DNA of 64,000 bases from Nitriliruptorales bacterium (GTDB lineage Bacteria; Actinomycetota; Nitriliruptoria; Euzebyales; Egibacteraceae). The stretch lies in NCBI GenBank assembly GCA_007119035.1, contig SKQL01000082.1:2832-66831 (forward strand), written 5' to 3'. The notes under the pieces are model-generated. The model was not told the DNA's origin. It saw nothing but the letters and a program-made list of their open reading frames with translations, and did no database searches. Every line of letters begins with the position of its first letter. The stretch's first letter is position 1. Below, one piece after another: positions 8,686 to 18,297 of the stretch. The position numbers and the translations under genes are program-made.

Positions 8686-9719
8686 CCGCGATGCTCAGAG
8701 GGTGGGGCTCCGCTCTACCGCCCGCGCTCTCGCAGGACGAGCTCTGGGACGGGTTCTTCGCAGGCCACTACTCCTCGAGCCGTGTCGCTCGACGGGCGTG
8801 GGAGCGCTCGGGTGTCCTGACCCGCCATGGTGTCATCGATCCGCGGGTGGAGGACATCTCGACATGGTCGACCGGTGAGCGGATGCGGCGCTTTCTCACC
8901 GAGGCCATGCCGCTCGGCAAGGCCGCGCTCACCGACACGCTCGACGGTGCGGGTCTTGCCCCGAGCGAGGTCGACCAGCTCATCGTCGTCAGCTGCACGG
9001 GGTACGCGACTCCCGGCCTCGATCACCTCCTCGCCCGCGACCTCGGGATGCGGGCTGACACCCAGCGGCTCCACATAGGGCACATGGGCTGCTACGCGGC
9101 CCTGCCCGCAGTCGCGACCGCGGCTGACGCGGCCCGTGTGCGCGACCAGCGCGTGGCCGTCCTGTGCGCCGAGCTCACCAGTCTGCACCTGCAACCCGCG
9201 ACCGACGACGTCGAGCAGATGGTCGCCCACTCGCTGTTCGCCGACGCCGCCACCGCGGTGGCAGTGACACCTGGGGGCCCCGGCCTCGAGGTCGTCCGCG
9301 TCGCCTCCCGCACGGACGCGAACCACGCGGACCTCATGAGCTGGGAGGTCACCGACCACGGCTTCCGCATGCGGCTGTCCCCGCGGGTACCCCTCGTCCT
9401 TCGCGAGCACGTCGCCGACTGCGTGGACGAGCTGCTGCGATCCGCGGGACTCGGCTACGACGACGTCGCCGGGTGGGCGGTCCATCCCGGAGGCCCGCGC
9501 ATCATCGACGTGGTCGCCGATCGCCTCGGCCTCGAGGAGGAGGACGTGGCCCCCAGCCGTGCGGTGCTCGCCGAGCACGGCAACTGCTCGTCCGCAACGG
9601 TGCTGCTCATCCTCGAGCGCCTGACGCGCGAGCGCGACCTCGGCCGCGGCGAGCACGTGGTCGCACTTGCCTTCGGCCCGGGACTCACGTTGTACGCCGC
9701 CCTGCTGCGGGCGAGCTGA
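8682..9719 (+). CDS. Type III polyketide synthase (chalcone/stilbene synthase family)
   Basis: 345 aa. Catalytic triad contexts are present: GHMGCYAAL (Cys), WAVHPGGPRIID (His) and HGNCSSATVLLILE (Asn). TTG start overlaps the methyltransferase stop. Confidence 0.85.
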   Translation: MTAMLRGWGSALPPALSQDELWDGFFAGHYSSSRVARRAWERSGVLTRHGVIDPRVEDISTWSTGERMRRFLTEAMPLGKAALTDTLDGAGLAPSEVDQLIVVSCTGYATPGLDHLLARDLGMRADTQRLHIGHMGCYAALPAVATAADAARVRDQRVAVLCAELTSLHLQPATDDVEQMVAHSLFADAATAVAVTPGGPGLEVVRVASRTDANHADLMSWEVTDHGFRMRLSPRVPLVLREHVADCVDELLRSAGLGYDDVAGWAVHPGGPRIIDVVADRLGLEEEDVAPSRAVLAEHGNCSSATVLLILERLTRERDLGRGEHVVALAFGPGLTLYAALLRAS

Positions 9720-10091
9720 GGGTGACCGCCGTCGCTCCCGGCGCCTGTGCCCCATGGCCACCTCGCGCGCGGGATGCTCGGGAGCCTTGCGTAGCTCGAT
9801 GATCGCCGTGAGGAACGCGCATCCCGAGTAGACCCACTCGTCGAACCACTCCCCGAGCACGTCGAAGAGGACGAGGATCCGCTCGACCGGGTCGACGCAC
9901 GCGTCCCGGGCGGCCCGGAGATCGGCCTGCCACCGCTCCTCGCGGGCAGCGAGGTAAGCGGCACGAGGGCGTCCTTGCCGCCGAAGGCGACCCCGAACGA
10001 CCGGCCCGGGCGGTGGCCCTGGCCGCTCCCGCGACGGGGATGCTCGCCGCAGCCACCACATTGGCTGTCACTTTCTCGCAAGCTCGATCAT
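9720..10091 (-). pseudogene. Decayed TetR-family regulator gene (frameshifted and truncated)
   Basis: TetR-like peptide is split over three minus-strand frames. These are MIELARK* (ATG 10091, stop 10068), VTANVVAAASIPVAGAARATARAGRS / ..GRSFGVAFGGKDALV, then AAYLAAREERWQADLRAARDACVDPVERILVLFDVLGEWFDEWVYSGCAFLTAIIELRKAPEHPAREVA. The junction at about 9961 is consistent with a 1-nt deletion (GKDALV|AAYL). The 3' part runs antisense into the end of the PKS gene. Confidence 0.5.
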
Positions 10092-10150
10092 GGCTTGCCT
10101 TGCGGCCGTCCCCGCGCCACGATCGGGGACCCCCCGCCGAGGAGTGAGCC

Positions 10151-10873
10151 GTGCGCCCCACCGATCCGCTTTACGCGACCGACGCCTACCTGAGCGCCTT
10201 CGAGGCGCGAGTCCTTGAGATCGACGAGGAGAATCACCGCGTGGCTCTCGACCGGAGCGCGTTCTACCCGGGCGGCGGTGGCCAACCGCACGACCTCGGC
10301 CGTCTCGCGTGGCACGACGGCGCCGCGCCCGTCTCACGCGTCAAGGCTGACGGTGGCGTCATCTGGCACTGGCTCGAGGGCGACCTCCCCGCACCCGGGG
10401 TGGAGGCGCACGGAAACCTCGACTGGCAACGGCGCTTCACGCTCATGCGGACCCATACCGCGCTCCATGTCCTATGCGGGGTCATCTGGGCGGACTACGG
10501 CGTGGCCGTGACGGGGGGGAACATGGAACCCGGCAAGGGACGCCTCGACTTCGAGCTCGATGCGATGTCAGCCGAGCTCGGGGCACACATCGAGCGCCGC
10601 ATCAACGAGGAGATCGAGTACGCCCGCGAGGTGCTCGTCGACTTCGTGGGGCGCCGGGAGGCCGACGAGGATCCTGCGCTCGTCCGCACGAAGGCCAATC
10701 TCATCCCCGCCTCCGTGGACCCGCTGCGTGTGATCGACATCGCCGGGCTCGACAAGCAGGCGGACGGCGGGACCCACGTCGGGTCCACCATCGAGGTCGG
10801 CCGCGTCAGCGTCACGAAGACCGAGTCCAAGGGCAAGGCCAACAAGCGCGTCCGCATCGCCCTCGCTGACTAG
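10151..10873 (+). CDS. alaX: Alanyl-tRNA editing protein AlaX-M type (Ala/Thr-tRNA synthetase second additional domain)
   Basis: 240 aa. HxxxH zinc motif (HTALHVLCG) and CxxxH-equivalent region (ADGGTHV). N-terminal FYPGGGGQPHD is typical of AlaRS-related editing domains. Confidence 0.8.
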   Translation: MRPTDPLYATDAYLSAFEARVLEIDEENHRVALDRSAFYPGGGGQPHDLGRLAWHDGAAPVSRVKADGGVIWHWLEGDLPAPGVEAHGNLDWQRRFTLMRTHTALHVLCGVIWADYGVAVTGGNMEPGKGRLDFELDAMSAELGAHIERRINEEIEYAREVLVDFVGRREADEDPALVRTKANLIPASVDPLRVIDIAGLDKQADGGTHVGSTIEVGRVSVTKTESKGKANKRVRIALAD

Positions 10874-12678
10874 TTGGCCGGCTGCCCGCCCTCGTCCGCC
10901 TCGGCTTCGCCAGGAATTGTGTCCATGATCGAGGGCGTCTCGGGGTCGAGGCGGAAGCCCTCGCGACCAAGCCCGGGCACGAAATGCTCGCGCCGTCGGT
11001 ACGGGCGCCATGCATTGCTCAGGGGCATCCGGCGGTCGGTGCCGAAGGCTCGCGGCGAGATCTTGACCCCGGGTGGTGTCTGGCGGCGCTTGAACTCCGC
11101 ATCGTCGATCTGGCGGACCACCCGCAGCACCACCTTCGGGTCGATGCCGTCGGCCACGATGTCCTCGAGCCCTTGGCCGAGCTCGATGTAGGACTCGACG
11201 ATGCGGTCCAGGATCTCGTAGGAGGGCAGGTCGCCCTCCTCGGACTGCGCGGTCGTCTCCTTGTGCAGCACCTTCTTGGGGAACGTCTCCCCGTCGCCGC
11301 GCTGGCGGGCGAACTCGTACAGGAGCGTCTTCGGGCAGTCCCGCAGCGGCGCGAAATCGCCCGACACATCGCCCCGTTGCACGCCGATCGACAACTCCGT
11401 CTTGTTGTCGGTGGCGAGGACGAGCCGGTCGCGCTCAACCGCGATCGCGGCCAGGGCAAGGGCGCGAATCCGCGCGGCGAGATCGGTGAGGTGGCGCTTG
11501 GCCCGTGCCTCCGGGAGCCCCTGGGCGATCGATGACGCGACCGCGTCGATCGACTCGGAGACGGGCACCACCGCGAACTCGATGCCGAGGTCGCTCGCGA
11601 CACGGGCCGCGTCCGTCTCCTCCTCCGGGTCCGCATCGGGGCCGGGCATCGCGACCCCGAGGACCCGCTCGGGCCCGAGCGCGTCAGCCGCGAGCGCCGC
11701 GGTCATGGCGGAGTCGATGCCACCAGACAGCCCCAGGACCGCACCCTCGAAATCGTTGCCGTGGACGAAGTCCCTCGTCCCCGTCACGAGGCCGCCCCAC
11801 AGGTAGGCGAACTCGTCGGGAGCTTGGGGCCGGGACCGCGGAGCCGCTGGGACCCTATCGGCGAGCGGTCTCGTGTGCACGGTCTTGACCGGGCCTGTCT
11901 CCGGACGGGGATCAGCCAGCTGGAGGTCGACGACGAATCGCTCCTCTGCGAACTGCTCCGCGCGGTAGATGATCCCCCCCTCCGCGTCGAGCACGAGTGA
12001 GCCGCCGTCGAAGACCAGCTCGTCCTGGCCACCGACCAGGTTCACGTAGACCAGGGGCAGCCCGTTGCGGCGTGCCACCGACGCGGCGAGCTCCTCACGG
12101 CCCTCCGGCTTGCGGCGGTGGTAGGGGGAGGCGTTGGGAGCCAGCATCACGCGCGCACCCCCGATCGACTGCTGCTCGGGGGGGCCGTCCCCGGACCAGA
12201 GGTCCTCGCAGATGCACAACCCGCAGACCGCGTTCCCGATTCGCCACAACTGATCGGGGAACTGGCCGGGCGCGAAGTTCTTCCCCTCGTCGTACGCGCC
12301 GTGCGTCGGGAGGAGCACCTTGTGGTACGTGCCGCGTCGCTCCCCGCCGCTGAGGACCGCGGCCCCGATCGCCACCGTCCGGTCGATGCTGTCCCACGAC
12401 CGCCGGGGAGGCACCCCGACGACGCTGCTGACCACGCTGACCACGCTGGCCGACTGCGCGGCGAGGGTGTCGAGAGCCTCCTCCGCCTCCGCGACGAACT
12501 CCCCGTGGAGGACGAGGTCCTCGGGGGGATAGCCGGTGAGGACGAGCTCGGGCAGCACGAGGACGTCGGCCCGGGCCTCCTCCGCCCACGCCATCGCCTC
12601 GGCTACCCGGTCGGCGTTGCCTTGGATATCGCCAACCGCGTTGCGCAGTTGCGCGGCCGCGACGCGCAGGACGGTCAT
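10870..12678 (-). CDS. nadE: Glutamine-dependent NAD+ synthetase
   Basis: In-frame ATG 12678 (MTVLRVAAAQLRN...) with an AGGAG RBS. N-terminal CN-hydrolase domain (LPELVLTGYPPEDL, CICEDLW) plus an NAD synthetase domain with SGGIDS. The 652-aa track ORF over-extends upstream. Confidence 0.9.
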   Translation of the reverse strand: MTVLRVAAAQLRNAVGDIQGNADRVAEAMAWAEEARADVLVLPELVLTGYPPEDLVLHGEFVAEAEEALDTLAAQSASVVSVVSSVVGVPPRRSWDSIDRTVAIGAAVLSGGERRGTYHKVLLPTHGAYDEGKNFAPGQFPDQLWRIGNAVCGLCICEDLWSGDGPPEQQSIGGARVMLAPNASPYHRRKPEGREELAASVARRNGLPLVYVNLVGGQDELVFDGGSLVLDAEGGIIYRAEQFAEERFVVDLQLADPRPETGPVKTVHTRPLADRVPAAPRSRPQAPDEFAYLWGGLVTGTRDFVHGNDFEGAVLGLSGGIDSAMTAALAADALGPERVLGVAMPGPDADPEEETDAARVASDLGIEFAVVPVSESIDAVASSIAQGLPEARAKRHLTDLAARIRALALAAIAVERDRLVLATDNKTELSIGVQRGDVSGDFAPLRDCPKTLLYEFARQRGDGETFPKKVLHKETTAQSEEGDLPSYEILDRIVESYIELGQGLEDIVADGIDPKVVLRVVRQIDDAEFKRRQTPPGVKISPRAFGTDRRMPLSNAWRPYRRREHFVPGLGREGFRLDPETPSIMDTIPGEAEADEGGQPAN

Positions 12679-12760
12679 GGTGGTGCTCCTGAGATCAGGG
12701 AGGGTCGACTCCACGGGGATGCCCACAGTAGGGCAGCGAAACCCTGCGGGGCCACGCGCC

Positions 12761-13255
12761 TCAGAGCTCGAGGCTGTAGCCCTGGGTGTGCACACCCGGC
12801 GCGGGCATGTGATCGAGGCTCGGCTCACGCACGAAGCCGAGTCGCTCGCACAGCTCCTTCGCCGACGTCATGTCAGGGGTCACGGTGAACGTCACTCGGG
12901 ACTTGCCGTCCTCGCGCGCACGCTCGATGATCTCCTCCATCAACGCGGTGCCGATGCCGCTTCCCCGCTCCTCGGGCGGAACCGCCAACAGCCGCACCGC
13001 AACCGCGCCGCTCTGCGCCCCGCGCCACTCCGGATAGCGCGTCACGGAGCCGACGATCTCGCCGTCGCGCTCAGCGACGAGGATGTCGGCGTTGACGAGG
13101 CGCCCGCGCACGTTCGCGATGTCGACTGCGAACGACGACCATGCGTCGGGGGACATACGGGCGGCGTACTCGCCGTACGCGTCCACGGCCCTCGACGCGA
13201 CGATGTCCAGCTCATGGTCGGCAACAGGGCGGATGTGCAAATCGTCACGGCTCAT
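12761..13255 (-). CDS. GNAT-family N-acetyltransferase
   Basis: In-frame ATG 13255 (MSRDDLHIRPV...). Acetyl-CoA binding motif RLLAVPPEERGSGIGTALMEEII. Confidence 0.75.
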   Translation of the reverse strand: MSRDDLHIRPVADHELDIVASRAVDAYGEYAARMSPDAWSSFAVDIANVRGRLVNADILVAERDGEIVGSVTRYPEWRGAQSGAVAVRLLAVPPEERGSGIGTALMEEIIERAREDGKSRVTFTVTPDMTSAKELCERLGFVREPSLDHMPAPGVHTQGYSLEL

Positions 13256-13382
13256 CTGTCGCTCCCTCGGCGCGCCACCGACCCGGATGCCGGCGTGGCC
13301 CAGCTTCGCAGGTCCCGAGCCTTTCGCGCGACTCCACGGGTATATGCCCAGGCGCCACCGCCCGAGGGGCCCTGAGCGGCGG

Positions 13383-15839
13383 CTACGGGTCCTCGCCGTC
13401 GGCCTCGTCGCCTTCGTTGGCCTCGCCCTGCGACTGCGCGTCGCCCTCCGTCTCGGGCCCGGGCTCAGCCTGCGAGCTACCGCCGCCATTGTCGGACGCC
13501 GCGTCCTCCCCGTCCCCCTCGTCGGGCTCGGGCTCCGGCTCGGGCTCGGGCTCTGGCTCCGGCTCGGGCTCTGGCTCCGGCTCCGGCTCGGGCTCTGGCT
13601 CCGGCTCGGGCTCTGGCTCCGGCTCGGGCTCGGGGGCTACGCAGGTGAGCTCGCTGTCGGGATCGTCGGGATCGGATGGGACGAGCTCCTCGTCACCCGC
13701 GCACTCGGGTGGCTCAGGAGCCGGGTCCTCACAGACCTGTGCGCTGTTCGGGTCGTCGGGGTCGGCGAGCACCAACTCCTGGCCCGCGTCGCATTCCGGC
13801 GGCTCGATCTCCTCGCACACCATCCCGCTCGCGGCGTCGTCACCGTCCGACTGCACGAGCTGCTCCCCGGCTTCACAGTCGGGTGGCTCACCGAACATCG
13901 CCAACTCACCCGGGGGATCGGGGAAGGAGGTCGGGTCGACGCCCTCGAGGGCCTCGGTCATGTACGCGCCCCAGAGGCTCGCGGGAAAGCCGCCGCCCGT
14001 CGGCGAGCCGACCATCGTCTCGTTGCCGTCCCGATTTCCCATCCACACCACCGTGGTCAGGTCGGGCGTGTAGCCCGCGAACCAGGCGTCCGCATTGTTG
14101 GACGTCGTGCCCGTCTTGCCCGCGGCGGGCCGGTCGATCCGCGCCGCGGTGCCGGTGCCGTCGGTGAGGACCCCCTGGAGGACGTCGCTCACGTTGTACG
14201 CGACCTGCTCGCTGAAGGCCCGACGCCCATCTGTGTTCGCCCGCATCAACGTCTGGCCGTCGCGGGTGACCTCAAGGATGCTCTGCGACCGGTGGTACGT
14301 CCCTCCCGACGCGAAGGAGTTGTAGGACTCCGCAAGCTCCATCGGGGTGACCTCCCCGGTGCCGAGCACGAGAGCGGGGTCGGCGGAGAGGTTCCCGCGG
14401 GGATCGACACCCGCGCGGCGGGCGATGTCGAGGATCGCGTCGGGGCCGATATCGACCGCGAGCCGGGCGTATGGCGTGTTGGCGGAGCGCCACGTCGCCT
14501 CCCGCAGCGAGATCCGCCCATAGTCCGCGCCGCCGTAGTTCTGCGGCTCCCAATCCTCGGAGGCGCCGAGATCCTCCGCGGTGAAGGTGACCTGCGCGGG
14601 GGCGTCGACGATGCTCTCCGGGGAGTAGCCGAGCTCGATCCACGCAGCGAGCCCGAACGGCTTGAACGTGGAGCCCGGCTGGCGGCCCTGCGCGGCCGGC
14701 CCGCCGATCGCGAGGTTGTACTGGTCGGATCCGTAGTCGGATCCCCCCACCAGCGCTCGGACCCCGCCGCTCCCGGGGTCGAGGGACACGAGCGCTCCGG
14801 TAGGGGGGGATTCGCCTTCGGGGATTTCGAGCTCCGCGAAGGCCTCCTGGTAGGTGCGCTCGGCCGCCTCCTGCATGCGCAGGTCAAGCGTGGTGCGCAC
14901 AGTCAGTCCGCGGTGCACCTGCTCGGCACCGACCTTCGACGCGAGCTCCTGCTCGACCATCGCGAGGAAGAACGGCGCCCGACGCGACACCACGACCCGG
15001 GGAGGCTCGGCCTCGGGGTAGGCCGCCCGCATACGCGCCAGCTCCTCCTCGTCAGCCCAGCCCTCCTCCCCGAGGCGGTCGAGCACGTAGCGGTAGCGGC
15101 CCTCCGCCCTCTCGGGGTCTCGCTCGGGGTCCCACGCGGAGGGCGCGGGCATGATCCCCGCGAGCAGGGCCGCCTGCTCCGGGGAGAGGTCTTGCGCGTC
15201 GACGCCGAAGTACGCGCGTGAGGCCGCCTGGATGCCGTACGCGCCCCGCCCGAAGTAGATGGAATTGAGGTACAGCTCGAGGATCTGGTCCTTTGAGTAC
15301 TGACGCTCCAACTTCACCGCCAGCGCGGCCTCGTTGACCTTGCGCAGCATCGTGTCCTCGGCCTCGCCCGTGAGGTTCTTGACGTACTGCTGGCTGATAG
15401 TGGACCCGCCCTGGCGGATCTCGCCCCGGACGACGTTGGTGTAGGCCGCGCGCGCGATACCGGGGATGCTCACACCACTGTGGTCGTAGAACCCCGCGTC
15501 CTCCGCGGCGAGGACCGCGGATGTCACGTGGTCAGGAAGGTCGGCGAGTGAGATGTCCTCCCGTGTGGCCTGCTGCTGGAGCTCCCCGATCTCCTCGCCC
15601 CGGACGTCGTAGACGACCGTCGGGGCCAGATCGAGGTCCTCGGGCAATGGCACGGACGCGAACGCGTAGGAGAAGACGAGCACAGCCGCCGCCACCAACA
15701 GGAAGGCCGGCAGCACGAGGAGCAGGCCGATGGCACGACGGAGCCACCGACGCCGAGGCCGTCGGGAGGATGCGGCTGCACGCACAGGTTGCCCGCGGCG
15801 GCGGGCAGGACGAGACGACGAGGATTGCGAAGGGGCCAC
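13383..15839 (-). CDS. ponA: Class A penicillin-binding protein (transglycosylase/transpeptidase, PBP1A) with a low-complexity C-terminal tail
   Basis: 818 aa. GT51 motifs (EDAGFYDHSGV, RQGGSTISQQ), transpeptidase STFKP, SAN and KTGTT, and an N-terminal TM anchor. The C-terminus carries 3 Cys-pair repeats, (PE)18 and an acidic tail. Confidence 0.9.
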   Translation of the reverse strand: MAPSQSSSSRPARRRGQPVRAAASSRRPRRRWLRRAIGLLLVLPAFLLVAAAVLVFSYAFASVPLPEDLDLAPTVVYDVRGEEIGELQQQATREDISLADLPDHVTSAVLAAEDAGFYDHSGVSIPGIARAAYTNVVRGEIRQGGSTISQQYVKNLTGEAEDTMLRKVNEAALAVKLERQYSKDQILELYLNSIYFGRGAYGIQAASRAYFGVDAQDLSPEQAALLAGIMPAPSAWDPERDPERAEGRYRYVLDRLGEEGWADEEELARMRAAYPEAEPPRVVVSRRAPFFLAMVEQELASKVGAEQVHRGLTVRTTLDLRMQEAAERTYQEAFAELEIPEGESPPTGALVSLDPGSGGVRALVGGSDYGSDQYNLAIGGPAAQGRQPGSTFKPFGLAAWIELGYSPESIVDAPAQVTFTAEDLGASEDWEPQNYGGADYGRISLREATWRSANTPYARLAVDIGPDAILDIARRAGVDPRGNLSADPALVLGTGEVTPMELAESYNSFASGGTYHRSQSILEVTRDGQTLMRANTDGRRAFSEQVAYNVSDVLQGVLTDGTGTAARIDRPAAGKTGTTSNNADAWFAGYTPDLTTVVWMGNRDGNETMVGSPTGGGFPASLWGAYMTEALEGVDPTSFPDPPGELAMFGEPPDCEAGEQLVQSDGDDAASGMVCEEIEPPECDAGQELVLADPDDPNSAQVCEDPAPEPPECAGDEELVPSDPDDPDSELTCVAPEPEPEPEPEPEPEPEPEPEPEPEPEPEPEPEPEPEPDEGDGEDAASDNGGGSSQAEPGPETEGDAQSQGEANEGDEADGEDP
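13525..13633. repeat. In-frame hexanucleotide tandem repeat (GGCTCN)x18 encoding (PE)18 in ponA
   Basis: Directly visible run ggctcgggctccggctcgggctcgggctctggctcc..., with an 18-nt higher-order unit ggctcgggctctggctcc. Confidence 0.9.
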
Positions 15840-15916
15840 CGCTCAAGTGTGCCACCTCGCAACTCGAGGCTCGCGCCCGTCGTGCACGCACGGCCGGCCA
15901 GGCGGCCGGTCAGGCG

Positions 15917-16342
15917 TCATCCCGCGTGGGCCCGTCCGACGAGGTAGCTCTCGACGAGGTGGTTCCAGCCGCAGACGAGGCAGCACTCGACCGTGTACGC
16001 GTTCAGCGACCGGTGGCGCTCCGCCATGCCGTCGAGCTCCTCCCGGGTCCACACCACCGTGCCGGACCGCTGCCGTAGCGCGTCACCGAACACGTACGTC
16101 ACGAGACGCAAGGTAGGGGCCTCATCCGTCGGCACGTCGGCACGTTGGTCCGCGAGCGCGCAGATCGGGCAGTCCCGCTCGGCCGGGGAGCCGACGTTGC
16201 GGGCGGCGCGCATCAATTCGGGGTGGGCATCACAGACATCCCGCAGCGGCACGGCGCCGTGGGTCACGTCGCGGACAAGTGCCCGCTTCGCCATCCGGTA
16301 GTCGGTGAACCCTTGCACGCCGCAGAGTGTAGGTTCGCCCAC
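15917..16342 (-). CDS. DUF5318-family protein (Rv0049-like)
   Basis: Motifs DVCDAHPELMRAA, CPICA and CCLVCGWNHL. Conserved position between ponA and padR-ino1. Start is ambiguous: GTG 16342 or GTG 16318 (VQGFTDYRMAKRAL...). Confidence 0.7.
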   Translation of the reverse strand: MGEPTLCGVQGFTDYRMAKRALVRDVTHGAVPLRDVCDAHPELMRAARNVGSPAERDCPICALADQRADVPTDEAPTLRLVTYVFGDALRQRSGTVVWTREELDGMAERHRSLNAYTVECCLVCGWNHLVESYLVGRAHAG

Positions 16343-16463
16343 AGCCGGGGGCTACTGTGGCGAAGCGGCGTGAGAGGGGCGCCCGGTCCCGCTCCCGTCG
16401 GAGTCCCCTGTATGTCGGCGTGGGTTTCATCGTGATCGGCGACGCGGTACTGTTGTAGCGTCC

Positions 16464-16473
16464 CGATATATCG
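16464..16473. promoter_or_regulatory. Perfect 10-bp palindrome CGATATATCG upstream of padR (possible operator or -10 region)
   Basis: Seen 26 nt upstream of the padR ATG, in the divergent DUF5318/padR intergenic region. The function is only a guess. Confidence 0.2.
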
Positions 16474-16498
16474 CTCCGACAGGTCAGGTCCGCACCGC

Positions 16499-17116
16499 AT
16501 GCTCGACCTCGCAATCCTAGGCCTCCTCAAAGAGCGATCCATGCACGGCTACGAGCTCAAGAAGCAGCTCGGCCAGCGCCTGGGCTTCTTCTGGACGGTC
16601 TCCTTCGGATCCCTGTACCCGACGGTCAAGAAGTTGGAGCGGCAGGGCCTCGTCACGAAGATGGCCCCCACGGACCACACCTCGCGCCGCAAGCAGGTGT
16701 ATCGCATCACCGAGGAGGGGGAGCAGCGCTTCTTCGCCCTGCTGGAGGAGGGACCCACGAGCGCGTGGGAGGACGAGAAGTTCTCCCTGCGGCTCGCCTT
16801 CTTCCGATATCTTCGCCCGGAGACCCGGATCCGGCTGCTCGAGCGGCGCAAGCAGACGTTGGAGGAGCGCCTGCGGGAGGGTCGGCGGTCCCTGTCCAAG
16901 GTATCCAAGGAGTCGGCGGACACCTACACGTTGTCGTTGATGCGCCATGGCGTCGCGGGCACGGAAGCCGACATCGCGTGGCTGGCCGAGCTCATCGCGG
17001 CGGAGAGGGCGACGACCGAGGCGACCGAGGATCAGCATCAGAGCGACGCCGACGAAAGCGGTCAGGCACCGGATGGCGATCCGGCGAGCCACCACGGGAC
17101 GGCCCCGACCACATGA
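16499..17116 (+). CDS. PadR-family transcriptional regulator (Rv0047c-like)
   Basis: N-terminal winged helix [21 protein letters not shown]...[18 protein letters not shown] and a long C-terminal helical domain. Confidence 0.85.
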   Translation: MLDLAILGLLKERSMHGYELKKQLGQRLGFFWTVSFGSLYPTVKKLERQGLVTKMAPTDHTSRRKQVYRITEEGEQRFFALLEEGPTSAWEDEKFSLRLAFFRYLRPETRIRLLERRKQTLEERLREGRRSLSKVSKESADTYTLSLMRHGVAGTEADIAWLAELIAAERATTEATEDQHQSDADESGQAPDGDPASHHGTAPTT

Positions 17117-17162
17117 TGCGCGAGGCCGCTGGATTCAGAGACGACAGCAAAGGAGCACGGTA

Positions 17163-18290
17163 ATGAGGACCCCCGAGGCGCAGCATCAGGCCGATGCCGC
17201 CGATGCCAAGGTACGCGTGGCCATCGTCGGAACCGGCAACTGCGCAAGCTCGCTCGTGCAGGGCGTCACCTATTACGCGGACGCGGAGCCGGGCACGCGC
17301 GTGCCCGGTCTGATGCACGTCGACGTGGGCGGATACCACGTGCGGGACCTGGAATTCGTCGCGGCCTTCGACGTGGACGCGAAGAAGGTCGGACGAGACC
17401 TGTCCGAGGCCATCGTCGCGCCGCCCAACAACACGATCCAGTTCGCCGACGTCGCTCCCGTGGGCGTGGAGGTCCAACGCGGCCCGACCCTCGACGGGTT
17501 CGGCTCTTACTACCGCCAGACGTCCACCGAGAGCGATGTGGCCCCGGTCGACGTCGCCGCGGCGCTGCGGGCGAGCAACGCCGATGTCCTCGTCTGCTAC
17601 CTACCGGTGGGCTCGGAGGAGGCCGCACGGCACTACGCGCAGGCCGCCATCGACGCTGGCGTCGCCTTCGTCAACTGCCTGCCCGCCTTCATCGCGAGCG
17701 ACCCCGCGTGGGCGCAGCGCTTCGTGGACGCGGGCGTCGTGATAGTCGGCGACGACATCAAGTCCCAGCTCGGAGCGACGATCGTCCACCGGGTGCTGAC
17801 GCGACTGTTCGAGGATCGCGGCGTCCACCTCGACCGCACGTATCAGCTCAACTTCGGCGGCAACATGGATTTCATGAACATGCTGGAGCGTGACCGGCTG
17901 AGCTCCAAGAAGGTGTCGAAGACCCAATCAGTCACGAGCCAGATGTCCGAGCCGATCGCCACCGAGGCCATCCACGTCGGCCCGTCTGACCATGTGCCCT
18001 GGTTGGACGACCGCAAGTGGGCACACATCCGCCTCGAGGGACGCAACTTCGGTGACGTCCCGCTCAACGTGGAGCTCAAGCTCGAGGTATGGGACTCGCC
18101 CAACTCGGCAGGTGTCGTCATCGACGCCATCCGGTGCGCGAAGATCGGGAGCGACCGCGGGCTGAGCGGCCCGTTGCTGGGGCCCTCCAGCTACTTCATG
18201 AAGTCACCGCCCGCGCAGTTCCATGACGACGTCTGCCGCCAGATGGTCGAGGAGTTCATCACGGGCTCGCAGCTGGGCGCCCACGGATAG
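17163..18290 (+). CDS. ino1: Inositol-3-phosphate synthase
   Basis: In-frame ATG 17163 with an [29 protein letters not shown] Rossmann start and conserved [17 protein letters not shown] and [10 protein letters not shown] blocks. Confidence 0.9.
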   Translation: MRTPEAQHQADAADAKVRVAIVGTGNCASSLVQGVTYYADAEPGTRVPGLMHVDVGGYHVRDLEFVAAFDVDAKKVGRDLSEAIVAPPNNTIQFADVAPVGVEVQRGPTLDGFGSYYRQTSTESDVAPVDVAAALRASNADVLVCYLPVGSEEAARHYAQAAIDAGVAFVNCLPAFIASDPAWAQRFVDAGVVIVGDDIKSQLGATIVHRVLTRLFEDRGVHLDRTYQLNFGGNMDFMNMLERDRLSSKKVSKTQSVTSQMSEPIATEAIHVGPSDHVPWLDDRKWAHIRLEGRNFGDVPLNVELKLEVWDSPNSAGVVIDAIRCAKIGSDRGLSGPLLGPSSYFMKSPPAQFHDDVCRQMVEEFITGSQLGAHG

Positions 18291-18297
18291 TCGCGCC

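Noticed and set aside
13525-13633. Regular short tandem repeats, which might have been a CRISPR-like or non-coding VNTR array. The same applies to 60196..60295.
   Set aside because: The unit is only 6 nt (or 3 nt) with no spacers. The repeats are in frame inside ponA and pknB, encoding (PE)n and poly-D/E, so they are coding low-complexity sequence rather than CRISPR.
13083-15221. 712-aa ORF on the + strand. Similar very long ORFs occur at 1651..3528 (+), 47578..48945 (-), 60388..62229 (+) and 8715..10061 (-).
   Set aside because: All lie antisense to, or out of frame with, strongly supported genes (ponA, tadA/tadB, gyrB, pknB, PKS). Their translations are Arg/Gly/Pro/Ala-rich with no recognisable motifs. 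This is the usual stop-free shadow-frame artefact of ~70% GC DNA.
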